64,000 bases of DNA from Nisaea sp. GTDB lineage: Bacteria; Pseudomonadota; Alphaproteobacteria; Thalassobaculales; Thalassobaculaceae. Shown here piece after piece: positions 19,647 through 29,521 of this stretch. The stretch covers positions 52,926-116,925 of the forward strand of contig NZ_JAVJNX010000001.1 in NCBI RefSeq assembly GCF_040217065.1, in the 5' to 3' direction. The notes under the pieces were generated by a model, which was not told where the DNA came from, made no database searches, and worked only from the letters and a program-made list of their open reading frames with translations. Positions within the stretch are counted from its first letter, which is position 1; each line of letters begins with the position of its first letter. A program made the translations under genes and the position numbers.

Positions 19647-19812
19647 AACGCCGCCGAAGATGCGCAATGAGCATCTTGCTTACAAGCGAAATCGTTTGTT
19701 AAGTATTTTTCTTTAAGTCGATTTGCATAAGTCGAAAATTAACACTGTCTTGGCCAAAATGTGCCAGGCAATTTGGCACGGTCGAAGAAGTTGACCGCCG
19801 CGGAGGTAAGAA

Positions 19813-21192
19813 ATGGTCTCCTCAACCGTTGACGGCATCAGCGCGATCACGGCGCTTTCATCCGATACCGGAACGCTGACCATCACATCGGGGACACTGG
19901 TTGCAACCAGTCTGGATTCCGCGAAGGGTTACGCGACCGTCATCGTCAACAGCAATGCTGCTCACGTGGTCTCCTTTCCGCAGAACTATCTGTTTTCATC
20001 GAGCGGCACGATCTCGATCACGTTCAGCAGCACGCTCGGCGTGACCGTCTCCGGCGTCAATCTGCTGGGCACCCAGACCAAGATCAGCGCGGCACTTACG
20101 GAAGCGGCGGATACCTTCACCGGCGGCCCCGACAACGATACCGTTTCCGGCGGTGGCGGACTTGATATTCTGTATGGTGGCACCGGTCTCGGCCAGGACC
20201 TTCTCTATGGCGGAGCATCGGATGACGTTGTCTACGGCAATACCGGCGACGACAGCCTGTACGGAGATTCCGGAACGGATTCACTGTTCGGAGGTCAGGG
20301 CAACGATGCACTTTTCGGCGGCGCCGACAATGACACCCTGTTGGGAGGTCAAGGCAACGATACGCTGGTTGGCGGCACCGGTAATGACAGCATCCTCGGC
20401 GGGGTCGGAAATGACGCTCTTTCGGGCGATGAAGGTGTGGATTCGCTGTTTGGCAATTCCGGCACTGATTCGCTGTTCGGCGGAAACGGGGACGACTTCA
20501 TCTACGGCAATACCGGAGCGGACATTCTGGCCGGCGGCCTCGGCAACGATATGCTCGCAGGTGGCCAGGGCGACGACACGATAACCGCCGATTCCGGCAA
20601 CGACACCGTGCTCGGCGGTCAGGGCAACGACATGGTTTCCGGTGTGGACGGCAACGACCTGATCTATGGTAATCAGGGCAACGATACGCTGTCCGGGGAT
20701 ACGGGCACAGATACCATGCATGGCGGCGCGGGGAACGACCTGCTGGCCGGCGGCGACGATGCTGACCGGCTTGCCGGGAATAACGGTGCCGATCTGATCT
20801 ACGGCAATGCCGGGACGGATATCATTTACGGAAACCAAGGCAATGACACGTTATATGGCGGTGCGGACGCCGACACCCTGTATGGCGGGGCCGGCGCCGA
20901 TTTGTTCGATGGCGGACTAGGAGCCGACATCCTGGCCGGGAACGCCGGAAACGATACGATTTCAGGCGGTGGCGGTGCCGATACCATCTCAATGATCGGC
21001 AACGGAACCGGGGCCGACATGATCCTTGATTTCAACACCTCCGAAGACCGGATCCTGCTTGCAACCGGCGCCACCTATACCAGTGCGGCGTCTGGGTCCA
21101 ACACGATCCTGACCTTGAACGACGGCGGCACCGTCACCCTGGTCGGCGTCTCGACCTCGTCAGTCTCGGACGGGCTCTTTCTCTTCGGCTAA
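19813..21192 (+). CDS. RTX/Ca-binding repeat protein (putative T1SS substrate)
   Basis: Ser/Thr-rich N-terminal beta region, long run of GGxGxD/YGNxGxD repeats, C-terminal LNDGGTVTLVG tail; GGAGG RBS. Confidence 0.88.
   Translation: MVSSTVDGISAITALSSDTGTLTITSGTLVATSLDSAKGYATVIVNSNAAHVVSFPQNYLFSSSGTISITFSSTLGVTVSGVNLLGTQTKISAALTEAADTFTGGPDNDTVSGGGGLDILYGGTGLGQDLLYGGASDDVVYGNTGDDSLYGDSGTDSLFGGQGNDALFGGADNDTLLGGQGNDTLVGGTGNDSILGGVGNDALSGDEGVDSLFGNSGTDSLFGGNGDDFIYGNTGADILAGGLGNDMLAGGQGDDTITADSGNDTVLGGQGNDMVSGVDGNDLIYGNQGNDTLSGDTGTDTMHGGAGNDLLAGGDDADRLAGNNGADLIYGNAGTDIIYGNQGNDTLYGGADADTLYGGAGADLFDGGLGADILAGNAGNDTISGGGGADTISMIGNGTGADMILDFNTSEDRILLATGATYTSAASGSNTILTLNDGGTVTLVGVSTSSVSDGLFLFG
20119..21030 (+). 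repeat. RTX nonapeptide repeat block
   Basis: About 30 degenerate GGxGxDxxx units in translation. Confidence 0.85.
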
Positions 21193-21401
21193 CATCGCCG
21201 GTGACGGCCGCGCGTTCTTTACAGTCCCATATGGTCACGACATGGTGAGAGATTGTGCGGGCGCGGAACCTTGTCCGACGATCGACGGTATCGCAGGGTG
21301 CGTCCGATATAGACTCTTCGGCATTTCGCTCCACATATAGCGGTGGACCGGGGAATCCCGCCAATGAAGGACGATGACGGCGCGATTGAGGAGCAGAGCG
21401 A

Positions 21402-21794
21402 TTGTACAGTGAGACAACAGGCGCGATCAGGGTTCTTGTTGAACCCCACTATCTTCCGGACCATTCGGATCCGGAAGATCATCGCTTTGTCTGGGCTTAC
21501 AAGGTCAAGATCGAGAATCATGGCGACGAGGAAGTGCGACTGCGGGCCCGGCACTGGGAAATCACCGATGCCCTCGGACGTCAGCAAAAAGTCGACGGGC
21601 CGGGCGTTGTTGGCGAACAACCGGTGATCCGGCCGGGCGAAAGTTTCGAATATACCAGCGGAACGCCGCTCGGGACGCCGTCAGGCTTCATGTGCGGCCA
21701 TTACGACATGACCGGCCCGGACGGGCAGATTTTCACTGTTTCGGTACCCAGTTTCTCGCTGGATCTGCCGGAAGCGGCCGTACGGCCAAACTGA
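21402..21794 (+). CDS. apaG: ApaG protein
   Basis: FVWAYKVKIEN, RHWEITD, GPGVVGEQP, FEYTSG; TTG start with GAGGAG RBS. Confidence 0.95.
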   Translation: MYSETTGAIRVLVEPHYLPDHSDPEDHRFVWAYKVKIENHGDEEVRLRARHWEITDALGRQQKVDGPGVVGEQPVIRPGESFEYTSGTPLGTPSGFMCGHYDMTGPDGQIFTVSVPSFSLDLPEAAVRPN

Positions 21795-21882
21795 GCGGGT
21801 GCACAAACCGGGCATCCATTGGGAACACTGAGGGCGTAACCCCATCACAATTCATGCGCCCTTGACCGGGAAGGAATTCAGA

Positions 21883-22527
21883 ATGTCGCCTTACGACAAC
21901 GCACTGCGCGCAGAGGCTGCCGCAAGCCACGATGTCGACGTCAAGATCGTCGGGTCGCGCCCCTCGCGCGAAGCTGCGGAAGCGGCTGTTCGCACCCTGA
22001 TCGAATGGGCCGGAGACGATCCGGACCGTGAAGGGCTGCTTGAAACGCCCGCACGCGTCGTGCGCTCCTATGAAGAGCTTTTCAAAGGCTACCACAGCGA
22101 TCCCCGGGTCTATCTGGAGCGCATTTTTGAGGAGACCGAGGATTATCACGAGATGGTCCTGCTGAAGAATATCCGCATGGAATCCCACTGCGAACATCAC
22201 ATGCTGCCGGTCATCGGCCGGGTTTCCATCGCCTACATGCCGAACAACCGCGTGGTCGGCGTCAGCAAGCTGGCCCGGGTCGTCGAAACCTTCTCCAAGC
22301 GCCTGCAGATCCAGGAGAAAATGACGGCCCAGATAGCCAACTCGATCCAGGACGTGCTGCAACCCAAGGGGGTTGCCGTCATGATCGAGGCCGAGCATCA
22401 ATGCATGACCACCCGCGGTGTGTGCAAGGCCGGAGCCAGCATGGTGACCAAGACCATGACCGGCTGCTTCAAGGAAGATGCCGAGCTTCGCAAGGAGTTC
22501 TTCGATCTGGTGGCGAAAGCAGGCTGA
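21883..22527 (+). CDS. folE: GTP cyclohydrolase I
   Basis: [38 protein letters not shown]. Confidence 0.97.
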   Translation: MSPYDNALRAEAAASHDVDVKIVGSRPSREAAEAAVRTLIEWAGDDPDREGLLETPARVVRSYEELFKGYHSDPRVYLERIFEETEDYHEMVLLKNIRMESHCEHHMLPVIGRVSIAYMPNNRVVGVSKLARVVETFSKRLQIQEKMTAQIANSIQDVLQPKGVAVMIEAEHQCMTTRGVCKAGASMVTKTMTGCFKEDAELRKEFFDLVAKAG

Positions 22528-22661
22528 CCGACGCGTCGGCATACTACAGGCACCGGGGGCGCCGCTGCGAGGCCGCGCCCCTTTCCGTTTCCGTACTGGA
22601 CATCGGGCCTTTGCCAGTCCAATGATCCCCGCTCTGTGCGAAATGGAATTGGAGTGCGGAC

Positions 22662-24113
22662 TTGATCGCCATCGGTCCAGTTCTTCACATTGTCGGCCTC
22701 CTCATGTCGATCATGGCCGTGGCCATGCTGTTGCCCGCCGGCGTGGACCTCATCGTTGGCAACTCCGACTGGGAAGTTTTCACCGGCGCGTCCGCACTGT
22801 CCCTCTTTATCGGCGTCTCGTTGATGCTGAGCACGCAAAGCCCGTCGGCGACCAACCTGAGCCTGCGTCAGGCCTTCCTGCTGACCACGCTCAGCTGGCT
22901 GACAATTGCCACCGTGGCAGCCCTGCCCTTCGCCTTCTCGCAGCTGGACATGACCATAGCCGACGCCTTCTTCGAGAGCATGTCCGGGGTGACCACCACC
23001 GGCTCTACCGTCATTGTCGGACTCGATCACGCACCGCCGGGGATCCTCCTCTGGCGGGCTCTGCTGCAATGGCTCGGCGGGATCGGTATCATTGTCATGG
23101 CGCTTGCCGTGCTGCCGATGCTGAGCGTCGGCGGTATGCAGCTCTTCCAGACCGAAGCATTCGACACACCCGACAAGGTGGTGCCGCGTGCAGCCCAGCT
23201 GGCGGGCGGGATCAGCGGCATCTATCTCGCTTTCACCGCGCTCTGCGCCACCGCGCTCTGGTCGGCCGGCCTGCCCGGTTTCGACGCCATCACCCACGCA
23301 ATGGCGACCATTGCAACGGGCGGATACTCCACCCGTGACGATTCCATCGGCCATTACGACAGCGCGCTCGTCGACTGGATCGTCTTTGTCGGCATGATCG
23401 CCGGCAGCCTGCCCTTCGTCTATTATCTCAAGATGATGCGCGGCTCGCTGAAGCCCCTGTTTCAGGATAGTCAGGTCAAGTGGTTCTTCTCGATCGTCGC
23501 CATTGTGGTCACCGTGACCACATTGTGGAACTGGCGGGTGCTCGAGTTCGCGCCGATGGAGGCCCTGCGCTACGCAGCCTTCAACATGGTCTCGGTGATG
23601 ACGGGGACTGGTTTCGTCACCACCGATTACGGAAACTGGGGCGGTTTCCCGGTAACCATCGTCATCTGTCTGATGTTCGTCGGCGGCTGCGCCGGCTCGA
23701 CGACCTGCGGCATCAAGATTTTCCGGGTGCAGGTACTCTATGCGACCGCCCAGGTGCAGATCGAGCGCCTGCTCCGTCCGCACGGTGTCTTCATCCCCTA
23801 CTACAATCGCAAACCGATCCCGGAATCCGTTTCGGAAGCGGTGATGGGGTTCTTCTTCCTCTACATGCTTTGTTTCGCGGTACTCGCAGCGCTGCTGGCC
23901 TTTATCGGCCTCGATTTCATGACCGCGGTCTCCGGCGCGGCCACCGCGATCAGCAATGTCGGCCCCGGCCTGGGGCCGATCATCGGCCCCGCCGGAAACT
24001 TCGATTCCCTGCCGGCCAGCGCAAAATGGCTCTTGTCATTCGGCATGCTGCTCGGCAGGTTGGAGCTGTTCACCGTCCTGGTGATGCTCTCTCCCTCTTT
24101 CTGGCGCCGATGA
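22662..24113 (+). CDS. trkH: TrkH-family potassium uptake membrane protein
   Basis: FFESMSGVTTTGST, WLGGIGII, ATGGYST, GCAGST.CGIK, GRLE. Confidence 0.95.
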   Translation: MIAIGPVLHIVGLLMSIMAVAMLLPAGVDLIVGNSDWEVFTGASALSLFIGVSLMLSTQSPSATNLSLRQAFLLTTLSWLTIATVAALPFAFSQLDMTIADAFFESMSGVTTTGSTVIVGLDHAPPGILLWRALLQWLGGIGIIVMALAVLPMLSVGGMQLFQTEAFDTPDKVVPRAAQLAGGISGIYLAFTALCATALWSAGLPGFDAITHAMATIATGGYSTRDDSIGHYDSALVDWIVFVGMIAGSLPFVYYLKMMRGSLKPLFQDSQVKWFFSIVAIVVTVTTLWNWRVLEFAPMEALRYAAFNMVSVMTGTGFVTTDYGNWGGFPVTIVICLMFVGGCAGSTTCGIKIFRVQVLYATAQVQIERLLRPHGVFIPYYNRKPIPESVSEAVMGFFFLYMLCFAVLAALLAFIGLDFMTAVSGAATAISNVGPGLGPIIGPAGNFDSLPASAKWLLSFGMLLGRLELFTVLVMLSPSFWRR

Positions 24114-24138
24114 GCGCTACCCGGAAAGGTATCGCGAC

Positions 24139-25308
24139 ATGAGCGAGATGCTCGCCCAATCCATTTCCATGCTCGACCGCCTGGTCGCATTCGACACCAC
24201 GTCCCGCATCTCCAACCTCGCGCTGATCGACTTCGCGCGGGATTATCTGGAAGGCCACGGCATTCCGACGCGGACGACCTTCAACGAGGACAAGACCAAG
24301 GCCAATCTCTGGGCGACCATCGGCCCGGAAGACAAGGGCGGTGTCATCCTCTCCGGCCATGTCGACGTGGTTCCCGTCGACGGCCAGGACTGGAGCAACG
24401 AACCATTCCAGATGTGGCAAGCCGAGAAGAAGCTGTTCGGCCGCGGCACCGCGGACATGAAGGGCTTCTGTGCCATCGCCCTTGCCATGGCGCCGGAGAT
24501 GAAGAAGCGTGGCCTCAAAACGCCGATCCATATCGCCCTTTCCTATGATGAAGAAATCGGCTGCATTGGCGTGCGTGGCCTGATCAAGGACATGGCCGAG
24601 AACCTGCCGCTGCCAATCGCCGTTGTGGTCGGCGAGCCGACCGGCATGAAGATCATCGGCGGCAACAAGGGCAGCCGCAGCCTCTCTGTCGTTGTCCGCG
24701 GCGTGCCCGGCCATTCCAGCGAGCCGCATCGCGGTGCCAACTCCATCATGTTCGCCGCCCGGATCATCAACCTGCTGGAGCAGATCCAGACAGAATTGCG
24801 GGAAAATGCGCATGAGGACAGCCCGTTCGATCCGCCCTACACCACTATTGATCTCGGAGTCATCGAAGGTGGCACAGCACACAACATCATCCCGGAATTC
24901 ACCAGATTCCGCTGGGGCATGCGGCTGCACCCGGGTGACGACGGCGAAGTTATCGAGCAGCGTGTCCGCGACTATATCGAGAGCGAGCTGAACCCGGCCC
25001 TGAAGGCCGTCTCTCCGGAAGCCGGCGTGACCATGGAACTGGTCAATGACGTGCCGCCGCTCGTGCCGGACACGGAATCCGCCGCCGAAGACCTGATTCG
25101 CCACCTGACCGGCCTCAACCAGTCCGGCGCGGTCTCGTTCGGCACCGAGGCGGGTTTCTTCCAGCAGGCCGGCGTCCCGGGCGTGATCTTCGGCCCCGGT
25201 TATATCCAGCAGGCGCACCAGCCGGACGAGTTCATCGAGATATCCCAGGTCGAGGAATGCGTTGAATTCATGACCAAGCTGACGGACTGGGCCGCTAAAA
25301 ACGGCTGA
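24139..25308 (+). CDS. argE: Acetylornithine deacetylase (M20 family)
   Basis: LSGHVDVVP, GRGTADMKG, YDEEIGC, FGTEAG, QAHQPDE. Confidence 0.9.
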   Translation: MSEMLAQSISMLDRLVAFDTTSRISNLALIDFARDYLEGHGIPTRTTFNEDKTKANLWATIGPEDKGGVILSGHVDVVPVDGQDWSNEPFQMWQAEKKLFGRGTADMKGFCAIALAMAPEMKKRGLKTPIHIALSYDEEIGCIGVRGLIKDMAENLPLPIAVVVGEPTGMKIIGGNKGSRSLSVVVRGVPGHSSEPHRGANSIMFAARIINLLEQIQTELRENAHEDSPFDPPYTTIDLGVIEGGTAHNIIPEFTRFRWGMRLHPGDDGEVIEQRVRDYIESELNPALKAVSPEAGVTMELVNDVPPLVPDTESAAEDLIRHLTGLNQSGAVSFGTEAGFFQQAGVPGVIFGPGYIQQAHQPDEFIEISQVEECVEFMTKLTDWAAKNG

Positions 25309-25430
25309 ACCCGAGCAGCGCCAAGCAGGCACCACCTTGACCCTGTTGCGAACCGGTGAGACGGTTCGCAACAGATGAAAAGAACGTCCGGCGCTGAAAC
25401 CGGGCGATGGTCAAGGGGGAGACCGGCGCA

Positions 25431-27179
25431 ATGGCCGCAGACAATTCGAACAAGAACGACCCGGACAAAGGCAAACGGCGCTCGTCCGACTGGTACGGAA
25501 AAGCCGACAAGGACGGCTGGGCGCACCGGTCCTGGATGAAGAACCGGGGTATTCCAGGCGACATGTTCGACGGACGCCCGGTGATCGGCATCTGCAACAC
25601 CTGGTCCGAATTCAATCCCTGCAACGCCCATTTCCGCGATATCGCGGAGCGGGTGAAACGGGGTGTCTATGAAGCCGGCGGCATGCCGGTAGAGTTCCCT
25701 GTCTTTTCCACGTCCGAAAGCCAGCTCCGGCCAACGGCCATGCTGTACCGCAACCTCGCTTCGATGGATGTCGAGGAAGCGATCCGCGGCCTGCCCATGG
25801 ACGGCGTCGTGCTGCTGGTCGGCTGCGACAAGACCACGCCGTCGCTGATGATGGGCGCGGCCAGCTGCGATCTGCCGACCATCACCGTCTCCGGCGGCCC
25901 GATGCTGAACGGTCATTACCGCGGCGAGCTGGTCGGCAGCGGCACCCATGTCTGGAAATTCTCCGAAATGGTTCGTGCGGGCGAGATGACCCTGCAGGAT
26001 TTCATGGATGCGGAGCAGGACAATGCCCGTTCCGCCGGTCACTGCATGACCATGGGCACCGCCTCGACCATGGCCTCCATGGTGGAATCCCTCGGCGCCG
26101 GTCTGCCCCACAACGCCGCTATTCCGGCCGTGGATTCCAGGCGCAACGTACTGTCACAGATGGCCGGACGGCGCATCGTCGACATGGTGCGTCAGAACAT
26201 CCGGCTTTCGGACGTGCTGAAGAAGGAGAATTTCGAGAACGCGATCATGGTCAATGGCGCCATCGGCGGCTCGACCAATGCCGTGGTCCATCTTCTGGCC
26301 ATCGCGGGGCGGATGGGCATCGACATCACGCTGGACGACTGGGACCGGCTGGGACGGGATGTGCCCTGCCTGCTCAACCTGATGCCATCCGGCGAATTCC
26401 TGATGGAGGATTTCTTCTATGCCGGCGGCCTGCCCGCCATCATCCGGGAGCTTGAGGGCTTCATCCACAAGGATGCGATGACGGTGAACGGCCGGACGCT
26501 CTGGGAGAACAACAAGGATGCGGAATGCTGGAACCGGGAGGTCATCTTCCCCCTGGACAAGCCGTTCAAGCCGAATGGCGGCATCGCCGTCCTGCGCGGC
26601 AACCTCGCTCCCGACGGGGCCATCATCAAGCCATCCGCCGCATCACCGGAACTGATGAAGCATCGCGGCCGGGCCGTGGTGTTCGAGACCATCGAGGACT
26701 ACAAGGAGAAGATCGACGATTCGGAGCTTGATATCGACGAGACCTGCATCATGGTCCTGAAAAACTGCGGCCCCAAGGGATATCCGGGCATGGCCGAGGT
26801 CGGGAATATGGGCCTGCCGCCGAAAGTCCTCAAGAAGGGCATCAAGGACATGATCCGGATTTCCGATGCCCGGATGAGCGGGACGGCCTACGGTACGGTG
26901 ATCCTGCATTCGGCGCCGGAGGCCGCCGCCGGGGGACCGCTCGCCTTCGTGCAGAATGGCGACATGATCGAGGTGGACGTCGATGCCCGGCGCATGCATC
27001 TGGACGTCTCGGACGAGGAAATGGAGCGTCGACGCGCTGCCTGGCCCGGGTTCGAATCTCCTTATGACAGGGGCTATTCCAAACTTTACGTTGAGCATGT
27101 GGAGCAAGCCGACAAAGGCGCGGACCTGGACTTCCTGGTTGGTCGCAGCGGCACACCGGTCTTGCGCGAGTCCCATTAA
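25431..27179 (+). CDS. araD: IlvD/Edd-family sugar-acid dehydratase, L-arabinonate dehydratase-like
   Basis: RPVIGICNTWSE..PCN, GCDKT, GHCMTMGTASTM, SDARMSGT; N-terminus RSWMKN.G..FDGRP resembles AraC/AraD pentonate dehydratases; substrate not proven. Confidence 0.8.
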   Translation: MAADNSNKNDPDKGKRRSSDWYGKADKDGWAHRSWMKNRGIPGDMFDGRPVIGICNTWSEFNPCNAHFRDIAERVKRGVYEAGGMPVEFPVFSTSESQLRPTAMLYRNLASMDVEEAIRGLPMDGVVLLVGCDKTTPSLMMGAASCDLPTITVSGGPMLNGHYRGELVGSGTHVWKFSEMVRAGEMTLQDFMDAEQDNARSAGHCMTMGTASTMASMVESLGAGLPHNAAIPAVDSRRNVLSQMAGRRIVDMVRQNIRLSDVLKKENFENAIMVNGAIGGSTNAVVHLLAIAGRMGIDITLDDWDRLGRDVPCLLNLMPSGEFLMEDFFYAGGLPAIIRELEGFIHKDAMTVNGRTLWENNKDAECWNREVIFPLDKPFKPNGGIAVLRGNLAPDGAIIKPSAASPELMKHRGRAVVFETIEDYKEKIDDSELDIDETCIMVLKNCGPKGYPGMAEVGNMGLPPKVLKKGIKDMIRISDARMSGTAYGTVILHSAPEAAAGGPLAFVQNGDMIEVDVDARRMHLDVSDEEMERRRAAWPGFESPYDRGYSKLYVEHVEQADKGADLDFLVGRSGTPVLRESH

Positions 27180-27352
27180 CGGAATCTTTTGATTTTCGCG
27201 CGAAAATTAGCAATCCGTTTCAGCACAAGAATGTGCAAGGATCTGCCAGCAGCAAATTGTAACGCACCACCGTGCAGTGCACATAAACCGAAAGCGAGAC
27301 CAACGCTCGCTTCGTGGTCTCGTTACCAGAAGTTGATAAAAAACGGCGCGTT

Positions 27353-28102
27353 ATGGGCATGCGAAAGACGCATATGACAGACGGATCTGGCACTTCAGAA
27401 AGTGCAGCGGCCAAGCGAGTGCATGTCGGCGACCCTGAAATGGTCGTCGACGTTGCACACGACATGCGAAACGCATTGAGCGCTCTTCGCGCCTATACAC
27501 ACCTGCTGAAGACCGAGAAACACGGACCACACAGCCATCCGCAGTATCAGCGCTATTCCTCGATTGCCCACGATGCCGCCGACGCTCTGGTGCGAATCTG
27601 CGACCGCCTGCTGGACGGCGGCGAGTCCGCCCCCGTCACTCCGCTAACAGACCCTCACGCCGTGTCCAAGATTGCCGTCGAGCGATACTCGGCGCTGGCA
27701 GAGCAGAAAAACATCTCGCTTTACGTGCAGTTCGAGCGCGGTTTCCCGAAACTACCGATTCCGCAGGACATTCTTGAAGATGTTCTCGGCAATCTGATCA
27801 CCAATGCAATCAAGTTCACACCATCCGGTGGAACCGTCGCCGTGATCGGAAAATGCGACCCGAGATCCGGCGCCGTCATCATGATTATCCGTGATACTGG
27901 AACAGGGATGCAGGCGGACAAGCTGTCGGAAGTCCTCCAGTTCCTGCCGGTGAAGCCGACAGAAGGCTCAGAGGGCGAGCTGGGCACCGGCCGCGGTCTT
28001 TCAATTATCAAGAAGCAGCTTGCTCCCTACAATGTGGTCATCGAAATCAGGAGCAATCCGAATTTCGGAACATCCGTCTCCCTCGTCTTCGAGAAACAGT
28101 AG
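27353..28102 (+). CDS. Cytoplasmic HisKA/HATPase histidine kinase with no sensor domain (PleC/DivJ-like core); start uncertain (27314-27374)
   Basis: H-box AHDMRNAL, N-box NLITNAIKFT, G1 DTGTG, G2 GTGRGL. Confidence 0.85.
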   Translation: MGMRKTHMTDGSGTSESAAAKRVHVGDPEMVVDVAHDMRNALSALRAYTHLLKTEKHGPHSHPQYQRYSSIAHDAADALVRICDRLLDGGESAPVTPLTDPHAVSKIAVERYSALAEQKNISLYVQFERGFPKLPIPQDILEDVLGNLITNAIKFTPSGGTVAVIGKCDPRSGAVIMIIRDTGTGMQADKLSEVLQFLPVKPTEGSEGELGTGRGLSIIKKQLAPYNVVIEIRSNPNFGTSVSLVFEKQ

Positions 28103-28121
28103 GACGCGAACGCCCGCCTCC

Positions 28122-29390
28122 TTACGGCATGGCTGCCAGCGCTTTGGCGAAAAAGTCCAGCCCGCCGAAATTGCCGGATTTGAGCGCCAGGGCAATGGGC
28201 TCATTGCCAATCGTCACCGTCGCCGGCACCCCGGGATCGATCTGCGCCCCGATCCTCAGTCCGGAGACACCCAGCGCGGAGACGACGGCGCCCGAGGTTT
28301 CACCGCCGGCGATCACAAGACGCCGTGTTCCCGCCGCGACCAATCCCTTTGCAATTGCCGCCAACGCCTCCTCGATCAATGCCCCCGCCTCAGCGCGGCC
28401 CAGCCTGTCCTGGATTTCCCGGACTGTATCGGCCGGCTGGCTGGCATAGACCAGTATCGGCCCTGCCGCGATACGGCTGCGCGCCCAGTCCAGCACCTCG
28501 CCAACCACATCTTCACCGTCAGCGAGGCGCAGCGGATCGATGCCGATCGACGGATGCTCTGCCTTGAACCGCTCGATCTGGCCGAGAGTCGCGACGGAAC
28601 AGCTTCCGGCCAGGACCGCTGCATGACCCGAAATCGCCGGAATCGCATCGGCGCCGCCCATCTCGCCCAACAGGCCCTGCCGCCGGTAGTTCTCGGCAAG
28701 CCCGATGGCAATACCGGAGCCACCGGTGATCAGCGTCAGATCAGACAAAGCGTAATCTATTGAAAAAAGGTGCTTATTGAGCACCGCGTCGATGACGGCA
28801 ATACCACCGCCGGAAGCTTTCAGCGCCTGAATTTCAGCCGAAATTGCCTCTGGTCCATCCTCGATGGTAGCGAATTGAATCAATTTAACTGGTTTTTTAG
28901 TTTGTCGTTGCAGAACCGACACAAGATTGCTGTCGGTCATCGGAGTCAGGGGGTGATTCCGCATCGGACTGTCGGACAGAAGCTGATCGCCGACGAACAG
29001 ATGCCCCTTGAAGATCGTCCGCCCCGTCTCGGGGAAGGCCGGACAGGCAACCGTGAAGTCCGTGCCCAGATCCGCCATCAACGCATCCGTCACCGGGCCG
29101 ATATTGCCCTCGTCGGTCGAATCGAATGTGGAGCAGTATTTGAAGAAGAACTGCCGGCAGCCTGCATCTCGCAGCCATTGCAGCGCGGCGCGTGACTGGG
29201 TGACCGCCTCTGCGACCGGATTGGTGCGCGATTTCAGGGCGACGACGATGGCGTCGGCATCTGGCACCGGTGCATTTTCATCGGGGACACCAATCAGCTG
29301 CACCGTCCGCATGCCGCCGCGCACAAGCATGTTCGCGAGGTCGGTGGCTCCGGTGAAATCGTCCGCGATACAGCCGAGAATAGGCGCCAT
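28122..29390 (-). CDS. otnK: 3-oxo-tetronate kinase (four-carbon acid sugar kinase family)
   Basis: LGCIADDFTGATD, FFKYCSTFDST, LAGSCS, AGGETSG, LALKSGNFG; next to otnI/denD. Confidence 0.9.
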   Translation of the reverse strand: MAPILGCIADDFTGATDLANMLVRGGMRTVQLIGVPDENAPVPDADAIVVALKSRTNPVAEAVTQSRAALQWLRDAGCRQFFFKYCSTFDSTDEGNIGPVTDALMADLGTDFTVACPAFPETGRTIFKGHLFVGDQLLSDSPMRNHPLTPMTDSNLVSVLQRQTKKPVKLIQFATIEDGPEAISAEIQALKASGGGIAVIDAVLNKHLFSIDYALSDLTLITGGSGIAIGLAENYRRQGLLGEMGGADAIPAISGHAAVLAGSCSVATLGQIERFKAEHPSIGIDPLRLADGEDVVGEVLDWARSRIAAGPILVYASQPADTVREIQDRLGRAEAGALIEEALAAIAKGLVAAGTRRLVIAGGETSGAVVSALGVSGLRIGAQIDPGVPATVTIGNEPIALALKSGNFGGLDFFAKALAAMP

Positions 29391-29521
29391 AACCGCATGC
29401 CTCCCTTATAGAATCAGTTTCTGGATTGAAGGCAGCAGTCTGCTGTAGGCTGCCCTTCCAATCAAGCGCGGCGCCGCGCTTCAACCGGCAATTTCAAGGA
29501 CCGGCAAACAAGGGGGTGTTC

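Noticed and set aside
19408-19674. 88-aa ORF spanning the tRNA
   Set aside because: It is a translation of the tRNA-Gly sequence.
19774-19790. Sigma54 promoter at TGGCAC
   Set aside because: No TTGC at the -12 position on either strand.
20119-21030. Periodic repeats as a possible CRISPR array
   Set aside because: Degenerate in-frame RTX coding repeats; no identical direct repeats with unique spacers and no cas genes.
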